Shown here in pieces: positions 1 through 9,810 of a DNA stretch of 64,000 nucleotides. The stretch lies in the NCBI GenBank assembly GCA_964492845.1, contig CAZBMZ010000031.1:2181-66180 (forward strand), in the 5' to 3' direction. The notes beneath the pieces were generated by a model. It did no database searches, was not told where the DNA came from, and was given only the letters and a program-made list of their open reading frames with translations. Origin of the DNA: an uncultured Clostridia bacterium (GTDB lineage Bacteria > Acidobacteriota > Blastocatellia > Chloracidobacteriales > JADJPF01). Every line of letters begins with the position of its first letter. Positions within the stretch are counted from its first letter, which is position 1. A program made the translations under genes and the position numbers.

Positions 1-484
1 ATTTATTAAGTTTGTGGTAGCAAATAAAGATTGTTAGTAAAGCAATTATTAACCCTGCTAATGCAGCAATTGCGGCAATAGTTGGACTATTAAATCTATC
101 AGATAGGGAAAGGCGAACTTTGCTAATTAAAATAAAACCATAAAAGTAAAGTTTAGTAGGTCTTAGCCAGCGGTTGATATTTTTTTCACGTTGTCTAATA
201 GCAGCAATATAACAATGAGCCGTTCCTATAAATACAAAAATTAAAATTGGTCGAGCAAGACCAAAAACAGGAACTTTTCTAAGTATTTTTGGAATAATTT
301 CTAAACTAGGGACTTGGTTAATAGTTAAGAGTAAATACCAAACTGACAAGAAGCCCAGAAAAATAACTAATGGTAAATGATGACGTGTTTTATTGACTTG
401 TGATAGAGAAAAAACAAATAGTAGCCCACAAAAAAGTGAGCTAACTAGTAATAATAAAGAGTTAATAAGAACTTGTTCTGGCAT
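1..484 (-). CDS. Integral membrane protein of unknown function, 3' end cut by window edge
   Basis: Not in ORF track. Reverse frame is open from ATG (484..482) to base 1 (161 codons, no stop): MPEQVLINSLLLLVSSLFCGLLFVFSLSQ... with several hydrophobic helices. Confidence 0.5.
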   Translation of the reverse strand, partial: MPEQVLINSLLLLVSSLFCGLLFVFSLSQVNKTRHHLPLVIFLGFLSVWYLLLTINQVPSLEIIPKILRKVPVFGLARPILIFVFIGTAHCYIAAIRQREKNINRWLRPTKLYFYGFILISKVRLSLSDRFNSPTIAAIAALAGLIIALLTIFICYHKLNK

Positions 485-532
485 AAATTAATACTGTAGG
501 GACAAACTTGTCCCCACAGTAGCAAGAAAGCA

Positions 533-1057
533 TTATTTCATCAAGTTAGAGTTCATTGCTAAAGCTTGAATATTTTCCTTAAGCTCATCAACTAAAGGAT
601 CAATAGCTGTTAAGTCTTTTAGTGCCACTTGTTTTTGCTCTGGAGTTAAGACTTGAGAAATTTCTGTTGCTGTACGAATACGAAAAACTGTCATTTGAGA
701 CGTTAAATTAGCTAGGTCTTGGGAAAGTGCTTCTACACGAACCAAATCAGGACTGTTTGATAATAATTCTGTGCGCAGTTCTTTACGTTTAGCTTCTAGT
801 TGTTGATGAAATTCTTGGGCTTGGGGTTTAGCTTGTGTGACAATAGCTTTGATTTGCTGTCTTTGACTGTCTGTAAGGTTAATATCTTTAGCTAAGTTTC
901 GTAACTCATCGCCTATAGCAAAGACATTTTGTAAAACTGTTGGCATTGAAGGACGGCTGCCAAAACGCGCATTTTCATTAGCAAAAATATTTGTAAAACT
1001 AGCAATAGCAATTACTAGGGTTAATATTAAAGTAGAAATAATAGCTGTTTTTTTCAT
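533..1057 (-). CDS. Periplasmic Spy/CpxP-family (LTXXQ motif) protein
   Basis: Signal peptide MKKTAIISTLILTLVIAIASF. Two LTXXQ motifs (LTDSQRQQIKAI, LTPEQKQVAL) in a helical Q/E/K-rich protein. GGAGG sits 5 nt before the ATG at 1057, so I prefer that start over the track start at 1069. Confidence 0.7.
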   Translation of the reverse strand: MKKTAIISTLILTLVIAIASFTNIFANENARFGSRPSMPTVLQNVFAIGDELRNLAKDINLTDSQRQQIKAIVTQAKPQAQEFHQQLEAKRKELRTELLSNSPDLVRVEALSQDLANLTSQMTVFRIRTATEISQVLTPEQKQVALKDLTAIDPLVDELKENIQALAMNSNLMK

Positions 1058-1504
1058 AAATACCTCCAAAAGTTTTGATTGAGTTTCTTTAATCTCAACA
1101 CTGACAACAATATAAACGAAGGAAATTTAATTTTGAATTTAGATAGTATTTAATGACGATTATTGCTATTTAAGTGACGAAAATAGCAGATTATTAGACT
1201 AAAAACTTATGATTTTAGTAAATATTTTTTGTTTTATACTACTTATGTTAATTGTAAGGAGTTTCTTGTCCAAGTAGGAAGAAGTTTTGAAAACAACAAA
1301 ATTTCCTCTCCTTATTTTTTCTAGTAGCAAATCCGACATCACAAAATCCCAGAAACGAACAATTTTGACATTAAAAAGATCTAAATTATTTTAGTTAACT
1401 TATACTTAAACAATGAGTTAGTAGTTTATACTTTGCTGGCATAGAATTTGGTATAACTCTATATGCTTTTGGCTATTAACCTGGCTGTGGAGTAATAAAA
1501 GATA

Positions 1505-3919
1505 ATGGAAATCTTTTTACGAGACTTACGTTATGCCGTGAGGATGTTAGCAAAAAATCCTGGCTTTACCTTTGTTGCTATAATGGCTTTGGCAATTGGG
1601 ATTGGAGCCAATAGCGCGATTTTTAGTGTTATTAATACAGTATTACTTAAAGAATTGCCTTATAAAGATCCTAATGAACTAGTAATGGTTTGGGAAACTA
1701 GTTCTACTATGGAAGAACAAAAACGTTCTGTATCTTTTCCTAATTTCCTGGACTGGCGAGAAAATAGCCAAGTATTTGAGCATTTATCATCATTTCGTTA
1801 TTCTAGTCGTAATCGTACTGATAGCAATAAAGTTACCCGAATTAATGTTCTTAGGGCTTATTATGATATATTTGAACTATTTAAGATTAATCCAAAACTA
1901 GGAAAAACTTTTTCTATTGAACATTCCAAACAAGCAAACGCTGATGTTGCTATTTTAAGCTATAAATATTGGGTAGAGAACTTTGATAGCGATGAAACAA
2001 TTATAGGAAAAACAATTTTTCTTGATAAACAACCCCTTACCATTATTGGAGTCTTGCCGTCTGACTTTAAGTTTCCACTACGTTTTGATAGTCCTGATAT
2101 TTGGCTCCCATTAATTGACGATTTAGAAGACAAAGAAAGAGACAATTATTATTTATTTGTCATAGGTAGACTAAAAAAAGGCATTAGCTTATCAAAAGCC
2201 CAGTTAAATTTAGACACAATTGCTAAAGAACTAGAAAAAAAATACCCTGAAACCAATTTTGAACAAGGGGTAAATATTGTAGAACTACGTGAACATATGG
2301 TAGGTAAAGTGCGGCCAGCACTTTATGCCCTGTTTGGTGCAGTAGTTTTAGTCTTATTAATTGCTTGTGCTAATGTAGCTAATCTTTTACTTGCTAGAGC
2401 AGTTACTAGAGAAAAGGAAATTGCTGTACGTATTGCCCTAGGCGCAAGTCGTCTTAGGTTAATCCGTCAATTTTTAACAGAAAGTCTTTTACTAGCGGGT
2501 TTAGGCGGGCTTTTAGGCTTGATTTTAGCAATGTGGGGAGTAGACGCATTGCTATCACTTAACCAAAATATTTCCAGACTAGGTAATTTTTCTTTAGATT
2601 TTAGAGTTTTGAGCTTTACCTTTGTTATTTCTGTTATTACAGGGATAATTTTTGGTTTAATTCCTGCTTTACAAACTTCTAATCCAAACTTAAATATTTC
2701 ACTAAAAGAAGTTAGAAGTAATTCTACTAGTCCTAACCGTCAAAGAGTAAGAAATATTTTTGTTGTTTCAGAAATTGCTCTAGCTTTAGCTCTATTAATT
2801 AGTTCTGGATTAATGATTAAAAGTTTCTGGCAACTGCAAAGATTAGACCTTGGATTTGAAAGTAGCAATATTTTAACTGCTAGATTTTCTTTGCCCTCTT
2901 CATTAGATGAATATGATGAAGCTAATAAAAAGACAGCCTTTTTTCAGGAAGTTCTAGAAGAAATCAATAAGCTGGCTCAAGTAGAAAAAGCTGCTTTGAC
3001 TTCTCCATTACCTTTAGCAATGGGTGGGGTGTCTTTATCTCTAGTTATTGAAAAACGACCTCCTAAAATACTTAATCAAGCTCCTTTAATAGCCTGGCAT
3101 ATCATTAGTGAAGATTATTTTGAAACCTTAAAAATTCCAATGGCTTTAGGACGTGCTTTTACTAGTCAAGATAATGAAAATTCTACAAAAGTAGTAATAA
3201 TTAATCAGGTACTTGCAGATAAGTTTTTTCCTAATGAAAACCCAATAGGGGAGTGGGTAACAATTGGGCTTTATAACACTAAATGCCAAATTATTGGGGT
3301 AGTAAGCAACACTAGAAACCAAATATTTTCCGATCACACAAAACCAGAATTTTATACCCCTTATTTACAAACGCCCTGGAATGAAATGGCTTTAGTAATA
3401 CGCACTAAGACAGACCCCAAAGATTTAGTTGCAACCATTCATAACCGAGTTCATGCAATAGATAGAAATATTCCTATTTTTAATGTTAAAACAATAGATG
3501 AAATGCTTTCAGATATGATTTTTGAACCACGTTTTAATACTTTACTTTTAACTTTATTTGCCTTTGTTGCTCTAATACTAGCTTCTATTGGTATTTATAG
3601 CGTAATGTCTTACTCTGTTGGTCAAAGAACTCATGAAATAGGAGTACGTCTAGCTTTAGGTGCGCAAAAACAAGATATTGTTAAATTAGTTGTTACTCAA
3701 GGAATTTTACTAGCTATTGTTGGTATTTTATCAGGAATTGCAATTGCTTATGGTTTAACTAGATTTTTATCAGGACTGCTTTTTGGTGTTAGCTCTACAG
3801 ATATGCTTACTTTTTTTAGTGTAACAATGTTTTTATTTTTAATAACAATGCTGGCTTGTTATATTCCTGCTCGTCGGGCTATGCGTGTAGATCCAATGGC
3901 TGCACTAAGACGGGAATAA
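1505..3919 (+). CDS. ADOP/MacB-like ABC transporter permease (duplicated FtsX domains with periplasmic MacB_PCD domains)
   Basis: N-terminus LRDLRYAVRMLAKNPGFTFVAIMALAIGIGANSAIFSV is the hallmark of this family. It is 804 aa, with two TM bundles each ending in an FtsX-like ...YIPARRAMRVDPMAALR. Confidence 0.9.
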   Translation: MEIFLRDLRYAVRMLAKNPGFTFVAIMALAIGIGANSAIFSVINTVLLKELPYKDPNELVMVWETSSTMEEQKRSVSFPNFLDWRENSQVFEHLSSFRYSSRNRTDSNKVTRINVLRAYYDIFELFKINPKLGKTFSIEHSKQANADVAILSYKYWVENFDSDETIIGKTIFLDKQPLTIIGVLPSDFKFPLRFDSPDIWLPLIDDLEDKERDNYYLFVIGRLKKGISLSKAQLNLDTIAKELEKKYPETNFEQGVNIVELREHMVGKVRPALYALFGAVVLVLLIACANVANLLLARAVTREKEIAVRIALGASRLRLIRQFLTESLLLAGLGGLLGLILAMWGVDALLSLNQNISRLGNFSLDFRVLSFTFVISVITGIIFGLIPALQTSNPNLNISLKEVRSNSTSPNRQRVRNIFVVSEIALALALLISSGLMIKSFWQLQRLDLGFESSNILTARFSLPSSLDEYDEANKKTAFFQEVLEEINKLAQVEKAALTSPLPLAMGGVSLSLVIEKRPPKILNQAPLIAWHIISEDYFETLKIPMALGRAFTSQDNENSTKVVIINQVLADKFFPNENPIGEWVTIGLYNTKCQIIGVVSNTRNQIFSDHTKPEFYTPYLQTPWNEMALVIRTKTDPKDLVATIHNRVHAIDRNIPIFNVKTIDEMLSDMIFEPRFNTLLLTLFAFVALILASIGIYSVMSYSVGQRTHEIGVRLALGAQKQDIVKLVVTQGILLAIVGILSGIAIAYGLTRFLSGLLFGVSSTDMLTFFSVTMFLFLITMLACYIPARRAMRVDPMAALRRE

Positions 3920-4367
3920 TTATTAAAATCAATTAAATCAAATAAATACCTGCTATTTTAATCTACATTCTTAATTACTATATAGAAAATGGATTACGTT
4001 TAGTAATTAGTGCAATATTAACTAAATGTTAATTAATTTGACACTAATAAAAGTTATTTTACAGTGGTATAACCAATTGTAAATAAACTTGTTAGAGTAA
4101 ATAATATTTATGGTGTATACTTGCTATACAATAAAAGTCAAAAAATATTTTTTAAATATTTAAGTTATAGAATAAGCTTTTGATAAATTTCCTGAGATAT
4201 AACCACTGTGTATTGAATAGTTTAGAAGCTGATCATTTGTATATCAATCAATAATTTAACTTAGTAAATTATTTTTGGAATAATATTTGCCTAGGTTTAT
4301 AAGAGAGTAGTCATATCAAATTGCAAATTAGAAACCTAATAACCTAAAACCTAGAGGAGCAAATAAA

Positions 4368-6488
4368 ATGCGAAGATACGTATATTTAACAATGTTTTTC
4401 TTTGGATTATTTGTAGCAGTATTTTCAATAAATAATAATCAAACCCAAGCAGCCAAAAAGACCTTTAACAAGGGAAGCCAACAAGAATTAAGTTTAGCCA
4501 AAACTATAAGTTATCAATATTTAGCCAAATATACAGAAAATTATGGAATAGATAGTACAAAAGATTTAAGAGTAAGTAATGTAGTGGTAGACGATTTATC
4601 AATGGCACACACCAGAATGCAACAAACCTACAAGGGAGTGCCAGTATTTGGTGGAGAAACAATAGTACACTTAAATTCAGATGGTTCATTATTTAACATA
4701 ACAGATTCATTAGTATCAAAAGTAAGCATTAACACAGAAGCAAAATTAACAGAAACAGATGCCTTAACAAAAGCATATGAAGTATTAGGATGTAGTGATT
4801 GTTTAACAGCACAACCAAAAGTAGATATGTTTATACTCAGACATAAAAAGAAAGATCATTTAGTTTATAGAGTACAACTTGAGAGAATTGATGGCAGCGC
4901 AGAAACATCAATGCCAGTTTATTTTATTGATGCTCACACAGGTAAGAAAGTATGGGAATACAATAACTTACAAACAGCAAGTGCAAACGTTACTGGTACA
5001 TCCACTTATTATGGAACACGAACTTTAACAGGTTATCAAAGTGGTACTACTTTTTACCTAGAAGATGTTGTTCGTAAGGTTGGTACTTTTAATTACAACA
5101 ACACTACTTCAAGCGTTTCTCGAGCTTCTGACACAGATGGTAACTTTAACGCAACAAACCAAAGAGCTATGATAGATGTTCAATATGGTATTGCTGCAAC
5201 CTATGATTACTTTAAGAATGTACACGGTCGCAATGGTATTGATGGTGCAGGTGGCCCAGCCTTTTACACCTCTATTGATGGAGCTACAGGTTTGATTTCC
5301 GCTAGAGTTCATTACAGCACAAATTATAACAACGCATTTTGGAACGGCCAAAATATGACATTTGGTGATGGAAACGGCACAACCTTTAGTGCATTAACAA
5401 CCATTGACATTTGCGCTCACGAATTATCACACGGAGTAACAGAACGTACAGCAGGATTGGTTTATGCAAATGAATCTGGAGCATTAAATGAATCAATGTC
5501 AGATGTTTTTGGTGTAATGGTAGATAGATCAGTAAGAGGGGAAAGCGCAAACACTTGGAAGATAGGCGAAGAATGCTTTACTCCTAGCAACGGAACAAAT
5601 GATGCACTGCGTTATATGGACAACCCACACTTAGCAGGAAATGGTGGATTTACAAGTGACGACGACCCAGACCACTACACAGAACGCTATACAGGAACAG
5701 CAGATAATGGTGGTGTACACATCAATTCAGGTATTCCAAATAATGTATTTTATCTAGTAGCCAAAGGTGGAACACACCATAGAGGCGGCTCAATGACAGG
5801 AATAGGAGCAGATAAAGCAGCAGCAATTTGGTACAGAGCATTAACATCATTTATGACCTCAAGCACCAACTTTGCAGGAGCAAGAACAGCAACATTAAAT
5901 GCAGCAACAGCCATTTATGGAACTGGAAGCACAGAATACAATGCAGTATGTAGTGCTTGGGCATTATGCGGAGTAGGAACAAGCTGTACAACTCCACCAC
6001 CTCCACCACCTCCAACCGGCGGCGGCGAACTATTAACCAACGGTGGATTTGAAACTAGTTTGACTCCTTGGGTTAAGAGTGGAACAGGAGCATTATACAT
6101 AGCTAATGGAGCATCTCCACACTCAGGAACTGGTTATAGTTATTTTGGAAATGCAAACAGCAGAACAGGACAAACATATCAACAAATAACAATCCCAAGT
6201 GGAGCATCTCCAACACTTACATTTTATTTGAATGTAACATCAGCAGAAACAACAACATCAACTCAGTATGATAGATTGTTTGTAGAATTACGTAGCACCT
6301 CTGGAGCATTACTTAAGACTTTAGCTACCTACAGCAACTTAAATAAAACAGCTTCTTCTACTAGCTACACACTCAGAAGCTTAAGCTTGGCTGGTTATAG
6401 CGGTCAAACCGTCCGAGTTCAATTCCGGGTAGCTACTGATAGAAGTTCTATCACTACCTTCCGTGTTGATACTGCTTCTGTTAAGTAA
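4368..6488 (+). CDS. Secreted M4 (thermolysin-like) zinc metalloprotease, copy 1: propeptide, catalytic domain, poly-Pro linker, C-terminal jelly-roll-like domain
   Basis: Signal peptide present. HEXXH (AHELSHGVTE) followed by GALNESMSD (third Zn ligand Glu) and a thermolysin-like C-terminal helical part (GGVHINSGIPN). Linker TTPPPPPPPTGGG, then LLTNGGFE... domain. GGAGG SD precedes the ATG. Confidence 0.9.
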   Translation: MRRYVYLTMFFFGLFVAVFSINNNQTQAAKKTFNKGSQQELSLAKTISYQYLAKYTENYGIDSTKDLRVSNVVVDDLSMAHTRMQQTYKGVPVFGGETIVHLNSDGSLFNITDSLVSKVSINTEAKLTETDALTKAYEVLGCSDCLTAQPKVDMFILRHKKKDHLVYRVQLERIDGSAETSMPVYFIDAHTGKKVWEYNNLQTASANVTGTSTYYGTRTLTGYQSGTTFYLEDVVRKVGTFNYNNTTSSVSRASDTDGNFNATNQRAMIDVQYGIAATYDYFKNVHGRNGIDGAGGPAFYTSIDGATGLISARVHYSTNYNNAFWNGQNMTFGDGNGTTFSALTTIDICAHELSHGVTERTAGLVYANESGALNESMSDVFGVMVDRSVRGESANTWKIGEECFTPSNGTNDALRYMDNPHLAGNGGFTSDDDPDHYTERYTGTADNGGVHINSGIPNNVFYLVAKGGTHHRGGSMTGIGADKAAAIWYRALTSFMTSSTNFAGARTATLNAATAIYGTGSTEYNAVCSAWALCGVGTSCTTPPPPPPPTGGGELLTNGGFETSLTPWVKSGTGALYIANGASPHSGTGYSYFGNANSRTGQTYQQITIPSGASPTLTFYLNVTSAETTTSTQYDRLFVELRSTSGALLKTLATYSNLNKTASSTSYTLRSLSLAGYSGQTVRVQFRVATDRSSITTFRVDTASVK
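4446..6427 (+). repeat. Core of tandem duplication (copy 1), apparently identical to 7194..9175
   Basis: Offset is 2748 nt. The last 5' mismatch is at 4445/7193 and the first 3' mismatch at 6428/9176. Seven 60-nt lines spot-checked were identical. The sense translation and three antisense ORF translations are also identical across the block. Confidence 0.85.
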
Positions 6489-6520
6489 GTATTTTTTAAG
6501 CGTAACTTATTTTAATAAAA

Positions 6521-6547
6521 GGCTAGAGTAATTGCTCTAGCCTTTTT
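6521..6547 (+). terminator. Rho-independent terminator of M4 protease copy 1
   Basis: GGCTAGAG-TAATTG-CTCTAGCC followed by TTTTT, 33 nt after the stop codon. Confidence 0.75.
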
Positions 6548-7115
6548 ACTTTTATTGGATGTTTAATTTAATGTATATCCTGTATACATCTATTAATTTA
6601 AGTTTTTTTATAAAATCCTAGTATGTTTCTTCAGCATATTTACTGTTAATAAAATAACTGCTGCAAATAAATTTATAATGTCATATAAACCCTTTATTTA
6701 GAAATAAATACAGCATTTATAACATCGCCTAACCTAATATATCAAAATCAAATAGATTTATATACCAACCCATTGTCAAGTAACTTGACAGTAGTAATTT
6801 TTGTTTACACTCTTATAACTATAAGATAAACAATAAGTTATGCTTATAGAGTTATTTACTATATAGTTAGTATACAGAATATTTTATATTATTTTTCCTT
6901 ATAGCTATATTTGAGGAGTTTGTAAAATATTTGCAACTAATTTCCAGTCAAAATAACTTATTGATACTAAAGAGGTTTAGCTAACAATATTTATTTAAAA
7001 TATAAATCAATATAGGTTATAAAATTTTATTTGGCATAAGCTTTGCCATTACCTAAAGCGCAAATCAAATTAAAATCCATAACCTGCCGTAAAAGCATCG
7101 AGGAGCGAAATAAAA

Positions 7116-9236
7116 ATGCGAAGATATCTATATTTAACAATGTTTTTCTTTGGATTATTTGTAGCAGTATTTTCAATAAATAGTAATCAATCACAAGCAG
7201 CCAAAAAGACCTTTAACAAGGGAAGCCAACAAGAATTAAGTTTAGCCAAAACTATAAGTTATCAATATTTAGCCAAATATACAGAAAATTATGGAATAGA
7301 TAGTACAAAAGATTTAAGAGTAAGTAATGTAGTGGTAGACGATTTATCAATGGCACACACCAGAATGCAACAAACCTACAAGGGAGTGCCAGTATTTGGT
7401 GGAGAAACAATAGTACACTTAAATTCAGATGGTTCATTATTTAACATAACAGATTCATTAGTATCAAAAGTAAGCATTAACACAGAAGCAAAATTAACAG
7501 AAACAGATGCCTTAACAAAAGCATATGAAGTATTAGGATGTAGTGATTGTTTAACAGCACAACCAAAAGTAGATATGTTTATACTCAGACATAAAAAGAA
7601 AGATCATTTAGTTTATAGAGTACAACTTGAGAGAATTGATGGCAGCGCAGAAACATCAATGCCAGTTTATTTTATTGATGCTCACACAGGTAAGAAAGTA
7701 TGGGAATACAATAACTTACAAACAGCAAGTGCAAACGTTACTGGTACATCCACTTATTATGGAACACGAACTTTAACAGGTTATCAAAGTGGTACTACTT
7801 TTTACCTAGAAGATGTTGTTCGTAAGGTTGGTACTTTTAATTACAACAACACTACTTCAAGCGTTTCTCGAGCTTCTGACACAGATGGTAACTTTAACGC
7901 AACAAACCAAAGAGCTATGATAGATGTTCAATATGGTATTGCTGCAACCTATGATTACTTTAAGAATGTACACGGTCGCAATGGTATTGATGGTGCAGGT
8001 GGCCCAGCCTTTTACACCTCTATTGATGGAGCTACAGGTTTGATTTCCGCTAGAGTTCATTACAGCACAAATTATAACAACGCATTTTGGAACGGCCAAA
8101 ATATGACATTTGGTGATGGAAACGGCACAACCTTTAGTGCATTAACAACCATTGACATTTGCGCTCACGAATTATCACACGGAGTAACAGAACGTACAGC
8201 AGGATTGGTTTATGCAAATGAATCTGGAGCATTAAATGAATCAATGTCAGATGTTTTTGGTGTAATGGTAGATAGATCAGTAAGAGGGGAAAGCGCAAAC
8301 ACTTGGAAGATAGGCGAAGAATGCTTTACTCCTAGCAACGGAACAAATGATGCACTGCGTTATATGGACAACCCACACTTAGCAGGAAATGGTGGATTTA
8401 CAAGTGACGACGACCCAGACCACTACACAGAACGCTATACAGGAACAGCAGATAATGGTGGTGTACACATCAATTCAGGTATTCCAAATAATGTATTTTA
8501 TCTAGTAGCCAAAGGTGGAACACACCATAGAGGCGGCTCAATGACAGGAATAGGAGCAGATAAAGCAGCAGCAATTTGGTACAGAGCATTAACATCATTT
8601 ATGACCTCAAGCACCAACTTTGCAGGAGCAAGAACAGCAACATTAAATGCAGCAACAGCCATTTATGGAACTGGAAGCACAGAATACAATGCAGTATGTA
8701 GTGCTTGGGCATTATGCGGAGTAGGAACAAGCTGTACAACTCCACCACCTCCACCACCTCCAACCGGCGGCGGCGAACTATTAACCAACGGTGGATTTGA
8801 AACTAGTTTGACTCCTTGGGTTAAGAGTGGAACAGGAGCATTATACATAGCTAATGGAGCATCTCCACACTCAGGAACTGGTTATAGTTATTTTGGAAAT
8901 GCAAACAGCAGAACAGGACAAACATATCAACAAATAACAATCCCAAGTGGAGCATCTCCAACACTTACATTTTATTTGAATGTAACATCAGCAGAAACAA
9001 CAACATCAACTCAGTATGATAGATTGTTTGTAGAATTACGTAGCACCTCTGGAGCATTACTTAAGACTTTAGCTACCTACAGCAACTTAAATAAAACAGC
9101 TTCTTCTACTAGCTACACACTCAGAAGCTTAAGCTTGGCTGGTTATAGCGGTCAAACCGTCCGAGTTCAATTCCGTGTCAGTACTGACAGCAGTGCTATC
9201 ACTACCTTCCGTGTTGATACTGCTTCTGCTAAGTAA
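7116..9236 (+). CDS. Secreted M4 (thermolysin-like) zinc metalloprotease, copy 2
   Basis: 706 aa. Differs from copy 1 only near the N-terminus (V5L, N23S, T26S) and the last ~20 residues (ATDRSSI/STDSSAI, SVK/SAK). Same HEXXH/NESMSD motifs and its own SD (GAGGAG). Confidence 0.9.
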   Translation: MRRYLYLTMFFFGLFVAVFSINSNQSQAAKKTFNKGSQQELSLAKTISYQYLAKYTENYGIDSTKDLRVSNVVVDDLSMAHTRMQQTYKGVPVFGGETIVHLNSDGSLFNITDSLVSKVSINTEAKLTETDALTKAYEVLGCSDCLTAQPKVDMFILRHKKKDHLVYRVQLERIDGSAETSMPVYFIDAHTGKKVWEYNNLQTASANVTGTSTYYGTRTLTGYQSGTTFYLEDVVRKVGTFNYNNTTSSVSRASDTDGNFNATNQRAMIDVQYGIAATYDYFKNVHGRNGIDGAGGPAFYTSIDGATGLISARVHYSTNYNNAFWNGQNMTFGDGNGTTFSALTTIDICAHELSHGVTERTAGLVYANESGALNESMSDVFGVMVDRSVRGESANTWKIGEECFTPSNGTNDALRYMDNPHLAGNGGFTSDDDPDHYTERYTGTADNGGVHINSGIPNNVFYLVAKGGTHHRGGSMTGIGADKAAAIWYRALTSFMTSSTNFAGARTATLNAATAIYGTGSTEYNAVCSAWALCGVGTSCTTPPPPPPPTGGGELLTNGGFETSLTPWVKSGTGALYIANGASPHSGTGYSYFGNANSRTGQTYQQITIPSGASPTLTFYLNVTSAETTTSTQYDRLFVELRSTSGALLKTLATYSNLNKTASSTSYTLRSLSLAGYSGQTVRVQFRVSTDSSAITTFRVDTASAK
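7194..9175 (+). repeat. Core of tandem duplication (copy 2)
   Basis: See 4446..6427. Confidence 0.85.
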
Positions 9237-9273
9237 AAGATTCGTTTCTAATTTGCTAATTAATATAGTAAAA

Positions 9274-9300
9274 GCCAGAGTAATAACTCTGGCTTTTTTT
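9274..9300 (+). terminator. Rho-independent terminator of M4 protease copy 2
   Basis: GCCAGAG-TAATAA-CTCTGGC followed by TTTTTTT. It is homologous in layout to the copy-1 terminator but diverged in sequence. Confidence 0.8.
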
Positions 9301-9358
9301 GTTGTTTTTATATTATCCTATCTGGGAAAATTTTCTTCTTACTTCATAATAATTTGCT

Positions 9359-9802
9359 ATGGAAAATAATACAGAAACAAAATTGTCAACCACCTCACCA
9401 GGACAAAACCGTTTAGTAAAAATTAAAGATGTTTTAGTTGCTGAACAAGATAATAATCAATGTTCAATTAGAGTAGATTTATCTTGGCAGGATAGAGAGT
9501 TTTTTAGTGAGCGTTCTGGCCCAAACGAACCTGACTATAAAATAATGCTAGCTGCTCTTTGTACTTTAGATGCACTCCATAAACTTACTGAAGATAAAGT
9601 AAAAATGGAATTGCTTTTTATTGAACGCCAGCAGTTAGAAAAAGTAAACCGTGAAATAATAATGGTACTAATTGATATTACAACAGATGAAATCTCTTGT
9701 GCTGCGACGGGTGCTTGCCAAGTAAGAACTAACCCAATAGAAACGGCTGTGCGTTCTGTGTTGGATGCAACTAATCGAATGGTTGAGTTAAGCTTAAACT
9801 AG
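9359..9802 (+). CDS. Hypothetical cytoplasmic protein; possibly a stand-alone LeuA-allosteric-domain-like fold
   Basis: 147 aa with no signal peptide. Two similar half-modules, each a beta-rich stretch followed by a helix (SGPNEPDYKIMLAALCTLDALHKL; TGACQVRTNPIETAVRSVLDATNRMV). The second helix recalls the G.G..DI..AS..A...A.N motif of LeuA_dimer domains. This is a recollection-based guess. Confidence 0.3.
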   Translation: MENNTETKLSTTSPGQNRLVKIKDVLVAEQDNNQCSIRVDLSWQDREFFSERSGPNEPDYKIMLAALCTLDALHKLTEDKVKMELLFIERQQLEKVNREIIMVLIDITTDEISCAATGACQVRTNPIETAVRSVLDATNRMVELSLN

Positions 9803-9810
9803 TAATTTTG

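Noticed and set aside
5915-6100. 61-aa antisense ORFs with poly-Gly (also 8663..8848), and the other short antisense ORFs inside the M4 genes (4504..4689, 5109..5351, 7252..7437, 7857..8099)
   Set aside because: They are mirror images of the poly-Pro linker and other coding sequence of the protease genes. They were useful only as evidence that the two copies are identical at nucleotide level.
9175-9369. 64-aa plus-strand ORF bridging the end of M4 copy 2 and its terminator
   Set aside because: It overlaps the protease 3' end and runs through the terminator hairpin. Its sequence is hydrophobic nonsense and it has no SD.
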